64,000 nt of DNA from Pirellulales bacterium. Its GTDB lineage: Bacteria; Planctomycetota; Planctomycetia; Pirellulales; JAICIG01. Positions 36,772-46,615 of this stretch are shown piece after piece. The DNA is taken from assembly GCA_040901675.1 (NCBI GenBank), contig JBBDYJ010000035.1, forward strand, positions 192,001 through 256,000. Direction: 5' to 3'. The notes under the pieces are model-generated. The model did not search any database. It had not been told where the DNA came from and saw only the letters and a list, made by a program, of their open reading frames with translations. Each line of letters begins with the position of its first letter. Positions within the stretch are counted from its first letter, which is position 1. Both the position numbers and the translations under genes were made by a program.

Positions 36772-37176
36772 ATGGCAACGGCAAGCTCGGACTTTGGTTT
36801 GGCCGTGATTGGTCAGATTGCGCTGGTCGTGAGCGACCTGGAGCGGGCAAGCAGGTTTTATCGCGACGCGCTGGGAATGCGGCTGCTGTTCGAAGTCCCC
36901 GGAATGGCATTCTTCGATTGCGCGGGCATCCGGCTGATGTTGACGTTGCCCGAGCCGGGCAAGTCGGCCGGCACCAATAGCGTGCTGTATTTCAAGGTTG
37001 CTGAGATCCAGGGGGCACACGACGCACTCGGTGCCCGCGGGGTGGCGTTCGTCGGCCCGCCGCACAAGATCGCCCGGCTCGCGGACCACGATCTCTGGAT
37101 GGCCTTCTTCCGCGATCCGGATCAGAACCTGCTGGCCCTCATGAGCGAAGTACCGCACGCGCCGACTGACAAGTAG
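36772..37176 (+). CDS. VOC/glyoxalase family protein
   Basis: IGQIALVVSDLERASRFYRDALG...MAFFRDPDQNLLALM. Confidence 0.9.
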   Translation: MATASSDFGLAVIGQIALVVSDLERASRFYRDALGMRLLFEVPGMAFFDCAGIRLMLTLPEPGKSAGTNSVLYFKVAEIQGAHDALGARGVAFVGPPHKIARLADHDLWMAFFRDPDQNLLALMSEVPHAPTDK

Positions 37177-37224
37177 TAGCTGACAAAACTACCGCGGAGG
37201 ACGCAGAGACACGCGGAGAAAGTC

Positions 37225-40200
37225 TCACTCGCGGACTTCCACGGTCACGGCCATCACCACGGGAGCCGTGTCGTCGGGGCCCTTGATCAGCTCGATCTGG
37301 CGGATCACGCCGGGCCGCTGGGGATGGATCGCCAGGTAGCGAATCTGCTGGCCGCGCAACGGGAAGGCGAACGTCGAGCCCGGCACGTCGACGCGGCGGA
37401 TGTAGTCGGCGAAATGCTCCCCGTTCTTGAGCGGATGGTCCTCGGTCTGGCCGTCGTCGTAGTGCAGCCGGACGATCAGCGAAACCGATCCCTTCTCGCC
37501 CAGCGGATGACCCCAGCCGCTCACGCCGCTCAGCAGGTGCACCGCCTTGGCCGGCGCATTGCAGGGCAGACTGACGGCTCTTGGCATGGTCGGCGGAAAC
37601 TTGCCGTTCGGGCCATACAGCAATACCACGTTCGGAACCCGGCCGCCCTGGGGATCGACCAGCTGGAAGGGAATCCCCTGGAACGTCTTGGCCGACCAGT
37701 CGTCGAACACCAGCCGCTCGGCGGTCGCCTGCTCGTTGTAGAACATGCCTTGCGTGCTGGCGATGGTCGCCCCGCGCGCCAGTGGAATGGGCAGGTACTT
37801 GCCCCGCTGCGCCAAGAACTCCAGCAGGTCCAGCAGCTCGTCCGGCGTCACCTGCTTCTCGAAACCCTCAGGCATCAGCGACTTCGATGAGGCCGCCAGT
37901 TCCTCGATCTCGTCGCGCACCAGCACCTGCTTCTTCCCCTCGGCATCGAACAACTCGACCGAGGTTTTGGTCTCGGAAGCCAGCAGCCCGGCGAACACCC
38001 GCCCGTCGGCCGTCACCACGGTGTACACCCGGTAGTTCCCCTCCACGCTGCGGCTGGGATCGATGATCTGCGTGAGCAGCTCGGCCTTGGGGTGCACGGC
38101 CATGCCGGTCAGATCGGGGCCGACCTTGGTCCCTTCGCTGCCGTGCACGTGGCACTTGGCGCATTGCTTGACGAAGACCTGCTTGCCCGCCACCGCGTCG
38201 CCCCGTTGCTCGGTGAGCGGCATCAGCTCGTCCAGCACTTTCTGGCGATCGGCACTGGGCAGGCCGCCCCCCTTCGACAATAGCTCCCGCGCCCGAGCGG
38301 CAATCGACGCCCGAGGATGGGCAATCAGCCCTTGCCGCTGATCGAGCGGCAGCTCGGCCAACTCCAACGTGCCCTGCTCGGCCGCTAGAACGAGCGATTC
38401 GGTCCAATCGGTCCGGTTCAACAGGATCCGCAAGGCCGCCGGGCGAACGGCCGGCGTCAGCCGCGCCAGGCACTCGATCAAGGCCTCACCGGCCTCGGCG
38501 GCCTGGCTGCGCCCCACGGCCTCCAATAGCCCCGCGGCAAGCTCCGGAGTGGTACGGGGCGTGATGAGCTCGAGCAGTTCGTTCACGGCGTCCGCATCGG
38601 AGCGTGCCAGCTCGATCAACCGTGCCGCGGCCTCGATGCGGGCCCGCTCCGGCCGCTCGTCGTCGGCCGCCAAGGTGAGGAACGACTTACGGATCTCGAC
38701 TGCCTGCTCTGCCAGTTGCGAACTGCCCCAACGTGTGGCCAGCGTGACCAGCCGGCCCTGGGCGGCCGGCGGCAAGCGCTTGAACAGCTCGACCAGTGCC
38801 GCTTCGTCCGCCCGCTCCAGCGGTGCGGGCCGATCCGCCGGCCAGCCGAGCGCCAGCCCCTCGACGATTGCTTCAGTGGTGCTGGGTGGTGCGCTCCTCA
38901 GATCAGCAACCAGGGGTCCGACCGTGTTGGCTGGCCCACCGCGCGCGTAATGCTCGGCCACGGTTGTGACGACGCCGAGCGGAGTTGGTCGGCGCATCCG
39001 ATTTCGTGGTCCGCCCCTCGCCTCGTCACCCCTTTGAACCTGCGGCTCGGCGGCGGCAGCCAGGGCCGGACCGGCGGCCATCGCCTTCAAGAACGCCAGG
39101 TCGTGCGCCGCCGCGGCACTCGTGGCCGCATCCAGGATCCAACGGTCGCTTGCCGCGGATCGCGAGTGCAGCAGTTCGGCGACTACCTCCGCGGCCGCAC
39201 GCGAGAGGGGAATTTCGGCCAGTGCCAACAGGGCCGCCAGTCGAACTTGCGGATTCTGGTCATCGAGCAGGCGGCTCGAAAGAATCAAGTCCACCGACTC
39301 GCTGGTGCGAGGCAGAACGGAGACGGCGGCCCGCCGCACTCCGGCCGATGGGTGCTCGAGAGCCGCGACGGCGGCCGCGGTCGCCTGGCCGTTCGCGCCG
39401 TCCAGCACCCCAAGGCCGTGCATCGTCCACAAGGCATGGATGGCCGCCACGTTGAGGCCGGTTTCGTCGACGCTCGGGTCGGCGGCGAGTCGGGCCAGTG
39501 CGGGCAGCACGTCCAGGCTGCCGCGCTCGACCAGCAGCCGCTGCGCGTGCCTGCGCCAGAACATGTTGCCGTGCCCGAGGGCCGATACAAGCCGCTCGGG
39601 CGATGCGCCGGCCAGGGAAATCGGCTCATCAGGCGGAGCCTTCGTGTAGACGACGCGATAGACGCGGCCATGCTTCTTGTCGCGCAGCTCGCTCTCATAG
39701 GCATTGCCCTTCCCGGTCTTAAAGCCGGCCGGCGTGGGGTTGTGCTGCACGATGTAGTTGTACCAGTCGATGATCCACACGTGCCCGTCGGGTCCGACTT
39801 CGGCCATGATCGGCGCGCTCCACTGGTCGTCGCTGGCGACCAGGTTCCAGGCATACTTGGAGCGAAAGCCGCTGCCGGCCGCTTCAATCAAAAACGTGGC
39901 GGTCAGGTGCCCCGTCGGCCCGTTGACGAACGCGGCCCGGTTCCAGTATTCGCGAGGATACGTGCGGGCCGTGTAGAGGGCATGCCCGGCGGCCGCGGTG
40001 AAGTTGCCGTGGTGGTCGACCTGCCGCACGTTGTCGGTGATGGGATAGAATCGCGCGCTGTCGGCGATGGGCGGCAGCACGCTGGAGGACCAGCCCCGGA
40101 CCGATTCGTAGTAGCGGTTGGCGATCGGCACGTGGACGCTCGGGTTGCCGTTGGCCGTCGACCCGAAGACGATTCCTTCTTCGCTGACGCCCACGCCCCA

Positions 40201-41637
40201 GGAGTTGTTGTCGGTATTGCGCACGAACTCCATCTTCGAGCCGTCGGGGCGGAACCGATAAAAGCCGGTCCGGAAGGAGTGCCTCTCGCCGCCGACGCGG
40301 CCTTCGAACCCCGCATAGCCCACCATGCCCCAGATCCAGTTGTCCAGGCCGTACTGCATGTTGCTGGGCCCGGCGTGTGTGTCGGCCGTGGACCAGCCGG
40401 TGAACAGCACCTGCCGCTCGTCGGCCACGTCGTCGCCGTCGGTGTCTTTGAAAAAAAGCGTATGCGGGGCCTGGTGAACGATCACTCCCCCTTGCGCAAA
40501 CGCGAGGCTGGTAGGGATGCTCAGCTTGTCGCAGAAGACGGTGAACCGGTCGGCCCGGCCGTCGCCGTCGGTGTCCTCGCAGATGCGGATGCGGTCGTTC
40601 CCCTGACCTTCAGGCTGCAGGTCGTTCGGGTAGTCGGCCGTTTCGGCGATCCAAAGCCGGCCGGCGGCGTCCCAGTTCATGGCGATCGGCTTGCCGATGT
40701 CCGGCTCCGAGGCGAACAACCGCACCTCGAAATCGACCGGCGTCACGAAGTGCTTCAGCGACTCTTCGGCCGCCAGGGGCAACTGCATTTGGTGGATCGG
40801 CTCGCCGACCGTGCCCCATCTCTCGCCGGCCGGATAGAAGGGAATCTCCGCTTCGACATATTCGAAAGGCGCCACGTCGGCCCGCGGCTCGGTCATCCGG
40901 GGGCGCTCGGCGAAGGCCGGCACCTCGCCCGGGTCGGCGCCCACCGCCCAGCGGATGCCGCGCTCGACCAGGTTCTGAAAACCCCGATGACCCCAGGTCC
41001 GCTCGTCGTGCCCCCAAGCGGTATAGAAGACGCGGCCCTTTCCATGCGTGCGGACCCACGTCCACGGCTCGCGTCCGCCTTCGTCGGGCCGGAACTCCAG
41101 CACGACGCGGTCTTTCTCGTTATGCCGCTGGTGCACGTAGGTTTCGTCCCAGCTCTCGAATCCTTCGAAGCCGCGCATCAGCGGATGCTGCGGTTCGGCG
41201 ACCGTCGTGCGGAACACGCCGGTCCCGTGCCGCTGGAACTGGGCACCGACCAGCTCGATGTAGCGGTCCGAGTTGAGGAAGCAGTACGACGCGCAGTGGA
41301 TCGGAATGAATCCCTTGCCGCCGGCCACGAAATCGAGCAGCGCCCGTTCCTGCTCCCGCGAGATTCGCTCGATGTTGGCATAGACGATCAAGCCGTCGAA
41401 GCGGGCCAGCGAACCGGCGGCGAGATCCTCGACCTTCTCGGTGTAGGTCAGCTCGATGCCGCGGGCCGCCAGCACCGGCTGAAGCTGGGCAAATCGCTCG
41501 GCCGGCCGGTGGTGCCCCTGGTCGCCCAGGAACAGCACGCGGATGGGCTGCGGCTCGGCCGCTCGAACGAGCGAGGGGAGCAACAACACGAGTGCAGCCA
41601 GCAGCGGCCACTCGACAATCTTTGGTCGGCGGATCAT
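37225..41637 (-). CDS. PVC-type heme-binding CxxCH protein (ThuA + beta-propeller dehydrogenase-like + HEAT + cytochrome c)
   Basis: ThuA motif GKGRVFYTAWGH; LFASEP, DTDGDGRAD, IDWYNYIVQHNP; HEAT-like repeats; CAKCH...VGPDL...SLMPEG. Confidence 0.9.
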   Translation of the reverse strand: MIRRPKIVEWPLLAALVLLLPSLVRAAEPQPIRVLFLGDQGHHRPAERFAQLQPVLAARGIELTYTEKVEDLAAGSLARFDGLIVYANIERISREQERALLDFVAGGKGFIPIHCASYCFLNSDRYIELVGAQFQRHGTGVFRTTVAEPQHPLMRGFEGFESWDETYVHQRHNEKDRVVLEFRPDEGGREPWTWVRTHGKGRVFYTAWGHDERTWGHRGFQNLVERGIRWAVGADPGEVPAFAERPRMTEPRADVAPFEYVEAEIPFYPAGERWGTVGEPIHQMQLPLAAEESLKHFVTPVDFEVRLFASEPDIGKPIAMNWDAAGRLWIAETADYPNDLQPEGQGNDRIRICEDTDGDGRADRFTVFCDKLSIPTSLAFAQGGVIVHQAPHTLFFKDTDGDDVADERQVLFTGWSTADTHAGPSNMQYGLDNWIWGMVGYAGFEGRVGGERHSFRTGFYRFRPDGSKMEFVRNTDNNSWGVGVSEEGIVFGSTANGNPSVHVPIANRYYESVRGWSSSVLPPIADSARFYPITDNVRQVDHHGNFTAAAGHALYTARTYPREYWNRAAFVNGPTGHLTATFLIEAAGSGFRSKYAWNLVASDDQWSAPIMAEVGPDGHVWIIDWYNYIVQHNPTPAGFKTGKGNAYESELRDKKHGRVYRVVYTKAPPDEPISLAGASPERLVSALGHGNMFWRRHAQRLLVERGSLDVLPALARLAADPSVDETGLNVAAIHALWTMHGLGVLDGANGQATAAAVAALEHPSAGVRRAAVSVLPRTSESVDLILSSRLLDDQNPQVRLAALLALAEIPLSRAAAEVVAELLHSRSAASDRWILDAATSAAAAHDLAFLKAMAAGPALAAAAEPQVQRGDEARGGPRNRMRRPTPLGVVTTVAEHYARGGPANTVGPLVADLRSAPPSTTEAIVEGLALGWPADRPAPLERADEAALVELFKRLPPAAQGRLVTLATRWGSSQLAEQAVEIRKSFLTLAADDERPERARIEAAARLIELARSDADAVNELLELITPRTTPELAAGLLEAVGRSQAAEAGEALIECLARLTPAVRPAALRILLNRTDWTESLVLAAEQGTLELAELPLDQRQGLIAHPRASIAARARELLSKGGGLPSADRQKVLDELMPLTEQRGDAVAGKQVFVKQCAKCHVHGSEGTKVGPDLTGMAVHPKAELLTQIIDPSRSVEGNYRVYTVVTADGRVFAGLLASETKTSVELFDAEGKKQVLVRDEIEELAASSKSLMPEGFEKQVTPDELLDLLEFLAQRGKYLPIPLARGATIASTQGMFYNEQATAERLVFDDWSAKTFQGIPFQLVDPQGGRVPNVVLLYGPNGKFPPTMPRAVSLPCNAPAKAVHLLSGVSGWGHPLGEKGSVSLIVRLHYDDGQTEDHPLKNGEHFADYIRRVDVPGSTFAFPLRGQQIRYLAIHPQRPGVIRQIELIKGPDDTAPVVMAVTVEVRE

Positions 41638-41906
41638 AAGACAGGACTCCTTGGCAGACGAGGGTGCGGCCGCGGCCGGTCGCGCAACGAGCGGGCTCAC
41701 CGGGATTTTATCCCAGCGAGCCGCCGTGCTACAGCTTAGACTATACGGCAGCCGCGGTCCCGCTGAAAGCCGCCGGGCCGCCAACGAATCCGACCGTCCC
41801 CGTGGCGGCCGGCAGTAAGTTCTGCTTGTAGGATGGCTTAAGTGCGCCGACCTGCGGAGCAGGCCGGCGTTCGGCGTCCCGCGCCCGACCCAAGGGGAAT
41901 TGCACC

Positions 41907-42821
41907 ATGATCGACAGGCCAATCGGCAGAGGGCAAGCGTTGGGCAAGGCCGTCTTGCTCGTGCTGGTGTTCTGCGTAGCAACGGCCGCAGCCGGCGAGC
42001 CGCTGAGTGTGGCCGAAGTACCCGCTCTGCTGCGCGAGGAGCTGGCGCTCGCCCCGTTCTATGCCAAGTGCGTGCCTGACGCCCCGATTCCCGTGCTCGG
42101 CTCGCAAAAAGTCTCGGACTACGCCTTGCTGGAGGCGGCCTGGCTGGTGGAGCGGATGCTGTCCGGCCGAGAGGATCTGGCCGAGGCCTTGAGGAAAAGC
42201 AGGACGCGGCTGGCGGTGATGGCGCACGATGAGTTCACCACCGACGTGCCGGAGCACAGCGACCTTACGCCGCCGGAGTATTGGAACAAGCGGGCCCGCG
42301 GGCTGGGGGCCACGCGCCGGCGGCCGGCGGTCAGTTGCGGCGAAGAGAACCTGTTGAGCTACCCCGGCGACCCGTACGTGGGTGAGAACATCCTGATCCA
42401 CGAGTTCGCCCATGCCATCCACGAGATGGGCTTGAACTCGGTCGACGAAACGTTCGATGCACGGCTTGCCGGCGTCTATGCCAAGGCAATGGAAACCCAG
42501 CTCTGGAAGGGCACGTATGCCGCCACGAACAAGAACGAGTACTGGGCCGAGGGAGTGCAGTCGTGGTTCAACACCAACCGCGTCAACACGCGCGACCACA
42601 ACCACGTGGGCACGCGCGAGCAACTGAAAGAGTACGATCCGGCGCTGGCCGGCCTGATTGCCGAGGTGTTTGGCGACGACCCCTGGGTCTACTCGGTCCC
42701 GGCCGAGCGCAGCGCGCCCGGCCATCTGGACGGCTACCGCCCGGAGGACGCCCCGCGCTTCACCTGGCCTGACCACATTCTCGAAGGTTTTAAGAGGTTC
42801 GAGCGGGGCCGCCGCGACTGA
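41907..42821 (+). CDS. Secreted zinc metallopeptidase-like protein (HEXXH)
   Basis: Signal peptide; RARGLGAT, ENILIHEFAHAIH, YAATNKNEYWAEGVQSWF. Confidence 0.85.
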   Translation: MIDRPIGRGQALGKAVLLVLVFCVATAAAGEPLSVAEVPALLREELALAPFYAKCVPDAPIPVLGSQKVSDYALLEAAWLVERMLSGREDLAEALRKSRTRLAVMAHDEFTTDVPEHSDLTPPEYWNKRARGLGATRRRPAVSCGEENLLSYPGDPYVGENILIHEFAHAIHEMGLNSVDETFDARLAGVYAKAMETQLWKGTYAATNKNEYWAEGVQSWFNTNRVNTRDHNHVGTREQLKEYDPALAGLIAEVFGDDPWVYSVPAERSAPGHLDGYRPEDAPRFTWPDHILEGFKRFERGRRD

Positions 42822-42915
42822 CGCGACACCGGGCGGCCGGCGCGTTACCATGTTTTTCAGGTTGCCATGTCTTTTTGGCGGCGTGACGCGGTCCGGCGGC
42901 AAGACGAAAGGAAAC

Positions 42916-43956
42916 ATGATGCGCAAGCCAAGTTCTTTAAGGTGGGCCTCGATCGTGGCGCTATTGGCCGTGGGGGTGTGTTCATGGCTGGCGGGCGCCA
43001 TGGCGGCCGAGCCGGCCGAGACGTCGGTGGTGTACGTCGGCAAAGGGCCGGGCAGCGGAAAGCAGATTGTTCTCATCAGCGGAGACGAAGAGTACCGTTC
43101 CGAGGAGGCCTTGCCGCAGCTCGGCAAGATTCTGGCCAACCATCACGGCTTCCGCTGCACGGTGCTATTTGCCATCGACCGCGAAGACGGCACCATCAAT
43201 CCAAACCAGAACGACAACATCCCCGGCCTGGAGGCGCTCGAATCGGCCGACCTGATGGTGATCTTCACTCGCTTCCGCCGCCTGCCGGACGAACAGATGA
43301 AGCACATCGTCGAGTACGTCGAGTCGGGCCGCCCGATCATCGGCATGCGGACCTCGACGCACGCCTTCGACCTGGAGACGGGCGAGTACGCCAGGTACGG
43401 TTGGCGCAGCACCGAGTGGGATGGCGGATTCGGCCGCCAGGTGCTGGGAGAGACCTGGATCAGCCATCATGGCAAGCACGGCAGCCAGAGCACTCGCGGC
43501 CTGGTTGCCGACGGCGCGGGAGACCATCCGATCTTGCGGGGCATCGGCGACGGCGACATCTGGGGCCCGACCGACGTCTATGGCGTCCGGCTGCCTTTGC
43601 CCGGCGACAGTCAGCCCCTGGTGATGGGCCAGGTTGTCGAAGGCATGAAGCCGACCGATGAGCCGGCCGCGGGCGCCCAGAACGAGCCGATGATGCCGAT
43701 CGCCTGGGTGAAGACGTACACCGGCTCGCGGGGCAAGACGGGCCGGGTCTTCACGACCACGATGGGCGCCAGCCAGGATCTTGCCAGCGAAGGGCTGCGT
43801 CGTCTGCTGGTGAACGCCTGCTACTGGTGCCTGGGGATGGAGGAGCAGATTCCGGCCAAGTCGAAGGTCACGTTGGTGGGCGACTACGCTCCGCTTCCCT
43901 TTGCGACCGGCAAGTTCAAGCCCGGCGTGAAGCCTGCCGACCACGCCGCCCAGTAG
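42916..43956 (+). CDS. Secreted ThuA-like domain protein
   Basis: AAAGGA RBS; signal peptide; IVLISGDEEYRSEE, RTSTHAF, RVFTTTMG. Confidence 0.85.
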   Translation: MMRKPSSLRWASIVALLAVGVCSWLAGAMAAEPAETSVVYVGKGPGSGKQIVLISGDEEYRSEEALPQLGKILANHHGFRCTVLFAIDREDGTINPNQNDNIPGLEALESADLMVIFTRFRRLPDEQMKHIVEYVESGRPIIGMRTSTHAFDLETGEYARYGWRSTEWDGGFGRQVLGETWISHHGKHGSQSTRGLVADGAGDHPILRGIGDGDIWGPTDVYGVRLPLPGDSQPLVMGQVVEGMKPTDEPAAGAQNEPMMPIAWVKTYTGSRGKTGRVFTTTMGASQDLASEGLRRLLVNACYWCLGMEEQIPAKSKVTLVGDYAPLPFATGKFKPGVKPADHAAQ

Positions 43957-44070
43957 GGAGAAGTAACTTGGTAGCCGCGTTTCGCGGAACGTGTCCGTCG
44001 CGTAGCCTCGTCCGTCAGAACGCGGAACCCGCCAGAACGATCTCTGAGGAACACCTGTCGCATTTCAATA

Positions 44071-44265
44071 TTGCTGCAAACGGTGCAGGAAGGCAAAAAA
44101 TATGAGGTCTTCGAAAAGGACCGGACCCTACGGCAGATGACGCGAAAGCTGCATTGCGAGGACGGCAAGGAGCCGGATAAGCATTTCTTAAGGTTTACTG
44201 CGGTTAACGGGAAGACGAAGCTGACTCAAGTAGGTGAGGCGCCGATCCCCGCTGAAGACTCATAG
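44071..44265 (+). pseudogene. Lower-GC 3' gene remnant or small hypothetical ORF
   Basis: 64-aa charged ORF with no RBS; frame open back to 43975; followed by the repeat triad. Confidence 0.4.
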
Positions 44266-44293
44266 AGGGGCGAGCCCGAGCGAAACTAGAGAA

Positions 44294-44390
44294 AAGAAAG
44301 GGGACATTCTACTTTTAAGGCCACGAAAGTTGCTGAGACAAAGGGGACATTCAACTTTCTAAGACAGCAAAGTAGAATGTCCCCTTTCTT
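44294..44390 (+). repeat. Repeat triad (AAGGGGACATTCTACTTTT family), locus B
   Basis: AAGAAAGGGGACATTCTACTTTT (44294-44316), AAAGGGGACATTCAACTTT (44340-44358), inverted AAAGTAGAATGTCCCCTTTCTT (44369-44390). Confidence 0.92.
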
Positions 44391-44570
44391 CGTGGCAGCC
44401 TCCAGCCTAGGCGACAAGGGGGACACGGGGGACGCGGGGGAAGGGACGAATGCTGGGGCACGCTTATCGCTTTGCCCCAGGCACCCGCGGGCAACCCCAT
44501 GGCCGGTCGGCGAACTTTCGCCCGGCGGCGGTTGTCCTGAATGGCAACTGCTCTAAACTGGGTGACGCGC

Positions 44571-45410
44571 ATGATCAATAACTCGCCCGTCAAGACGCTG
44601 GTCCATAAGGACCTGACCATCGAGGGATACTCCAGAGCGGCGGTGCAGACCTACTGGCGGATTCCCGAGCTGAAGCTGGGGTTCGACTTCGGCGCCCAGC
44701 CCTGGTCGTTCATGGGCACGCCCACCTGGTTCGTCTCGCACACCCACCTGGACCACGTGGCCGCGCTGCCGGTCTACGTCGCCCGGCGGCGGATGATGAA
44801 AATGGAGCCGCCCACCATCTATCTGCCCGAAGCGGCCGTCGAACCCGTCCAGCGGATTCTCAAGCTGTTCACCCGGCTCGACCGCGGCCGGCTGCCGTGC
44901 CAGCTCGTCGCCACGCGGCCCGGAGACGAAATCGAGATCTCGCGCGAACACGTGGTCACCGTGTCGGCCACGCGGCACACGGTCCCCTCGCTGGGGTTCG
45001 TCGTCTGGGAGCGGCGGCGCAAGCTGAAGGCCGAGTATCAGCAGCTCAGCGGCGAGCAGATCCGCGATTTACGTCTGGGCGGCACCGAGGTGACCGAGGA
45101 GCGCCGCTTGCCGCGGCTGGCGTACCTGGGCGATAGCGCCCCGGATGGGCTCGACAGTTGCCCCGCCATGTTCGAAGCCCAGGTCCTGATCACCGAGCTG
45201 ACCTTCGTGGCGCCCGGACACCGCAAGGAAAAAATCCACAAGTTCGGCCACATGCACCTGGACGACCTGCTGGCCCGGCGCGAACGGTTCAAGAACGAGC
45301 TGATCGTGGCGGCCCACTTCAGCACCCGTTATCACGTACAGCAGATCCGGCACATCGTCGGCCAGGCCGTTCCCGACATGCTCGACGGGCGGTTGCACCT
45401 CTGGCTGTGA
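44571..45410 (+). CDS. MBL-fold metallo-hydrolase (RNase Z-like)
   Basis: SHTHLDH metal motif, HTVPSLG, YLGD, HFSTRY. Confidence 0.88.
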   Translation: MINNSPVKTLVHKDLTIEGYSRAAVQTYWRIPELKLGFDFGAQPWSFMGTPTWFVSHTHLDHVAALPVYVARRRMMKMEPPTIYLPEAAVEPVQRILKLFTRLDRGRLPCQLVATRPGDEIEISREHVVTVSATRHTVPSLGFVVWERRRKLKAEYQQLSGEQIRDLRLGGTEVTEERRLPRLAYLGDSAPDGLDSCPAMFEAQVLITELTFVAPGHRKEKIHKFGHMHLDDLLARRERFKNELIVAAHFSTRYHVQQIRHIVGQAVPDMLDGRLHLWL

Positions 45411-45457
45411 TGCGCGGCGTTCAGCCTCCGGCAGCGCGGCCTGTTAGAATAGAACTT

Positions 45458-46615
45458 GTGCAACGCGAGATTACGCATTTTGCTGGTTCGACTGCCAGGG
45501 CGGCCTACGTCCACGTGCCTTTCTGCCGGCACCGCTGCGGCTACTGCAACTTCACCGTGGTCGCCGGCCGCGACGACTTGGTCGACCGCTACCTGGAGGC
45601 ACTGGCCCGGGAGCTCTCCTGGCTCGAGCGGCCGCGGCCGGTCGACACGCTGTTCATCGGAGGCGGCACGCCCACGCACCTGGCGGCGGCGCAGCTCGAA
45701 CGGTTGCTGGCGACGGTGCTGGAATGGTTTCCGCTCGATCCGGGCGCCGAGTTCAGTATTGAAGGCAATCCGGCCGACGTGGACGACGAGCGCGTGAGGA
45801 TCCTGGCCCGGCACGGCGTGACCCGGATCAGCCTGGGCGGACAGTCGTTCGATGCAAGAAAGCTTGCCATCCTGGAGCGAGATCACCGGCCGGCCGGCGT
45901 GGCAAGGGCGGTGGAGCTGGCGCGGGAGCGGATCGGCTCGGTTTCGCTCGATCTGATCTTTGCGGCTCCCGGAGAAACCCTCGACGTCTGGCGAGCCGAC
46001 CTGGCGGCCGCTTTGAAGCTGCGGCCCGATCACCTATCCAGCTACGGGCTGACCTACGAGCGCGGCACTGCATATTGGAGCCGGCGCGCCCGCGGGCAGT
46101 TGAGCCCGGTCGACGAGGAGACGGAACTGGCCATGTACGCCGAGGCGATCGATACGCTGTCGTCCGCCGGTTTCGAACATTACGAGGTTTCGAACTTCGC
46201 CCGTGCGGGCCATCGCTGCCGGCACAACGAGGTGTATTGGAACGCGGACGAGTATCATGCAGCCGGGCCGGGGGCGGCCCGCTACATCGGCGGACGCCGC
46301 GAAACCAACCACAAGAGCACCACCACCTGGCTCAAGCGGGTGCTGGCCGGGCAATCCCCCGTGGCCGAGTGCGAAACGCTGTCGGCCGAGGACAAGGCCC
46401 GCGAAGCCCTGGTCCTGGGGCTGCGCCGGCTGGAAGGCGTCGACCGCGTTGCCTTCGCGCGCCGCTGGCACCGCGACCTGGACGATCTGGTGGGACAGAG
46501 CCTCGAGCGGCTGGTCGGCTTGGGCCTGATCGACGATTCCCGGGGACGCGTGCGTCTCACCCGGAAGGGACTGTTCGTCAGCGACTCGATCTGGCCGGAG
46601 TTTCTGACTTGCTGA
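45458..46615 (+). CDS. hemW: Radical SAM heme chaperone HemW (HemN-like)
   Basis: AYVHVPFCRHRCGYCNF, FIGGGTPT, HYEVSNFA, HNEVYW; start could also be the ATG at 45410. Confidence 0.9.
   Translation: MQREITHFAGSTARAAYVHVPFCRHRCGYCNFTVVAGRDDLVDRYLEALARELSWLERPRPVDTLFIGGGTPTHLAAAQLERLLATVLEWFPLDPGAEFSIEGNPADVDDERVRILARHGVTRISLGGQSFDARKLAILERDHRPAGVARAVELARERIGSVSLDLIFAAPGETLDVWRADLAAALKLRPDHLSSYGLTYERGTAYWSRRARGQLSPVDEETELAMYAEAIDTLSSAGFEHYEVSNFARAGHRCRHNEVYWNADEYHAAGPGAARYIGGRRETNHKSTTTWLKRVLAGQSPVAECETLSAEDKAREALVLGLRRLEGVDRVAFARRWHRDLDDLVGQSLERLVGLGLIDDSRGRVRLTRKGLFVSDSIWPEFLTC

Noticed and set aside
37190..37222. CCGCGGAGGACGCAGAGACACGCGGAGA short imperfect repeat between convergent genes
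   Set aside because: Single degenerate occurrence in the window; no supportable function
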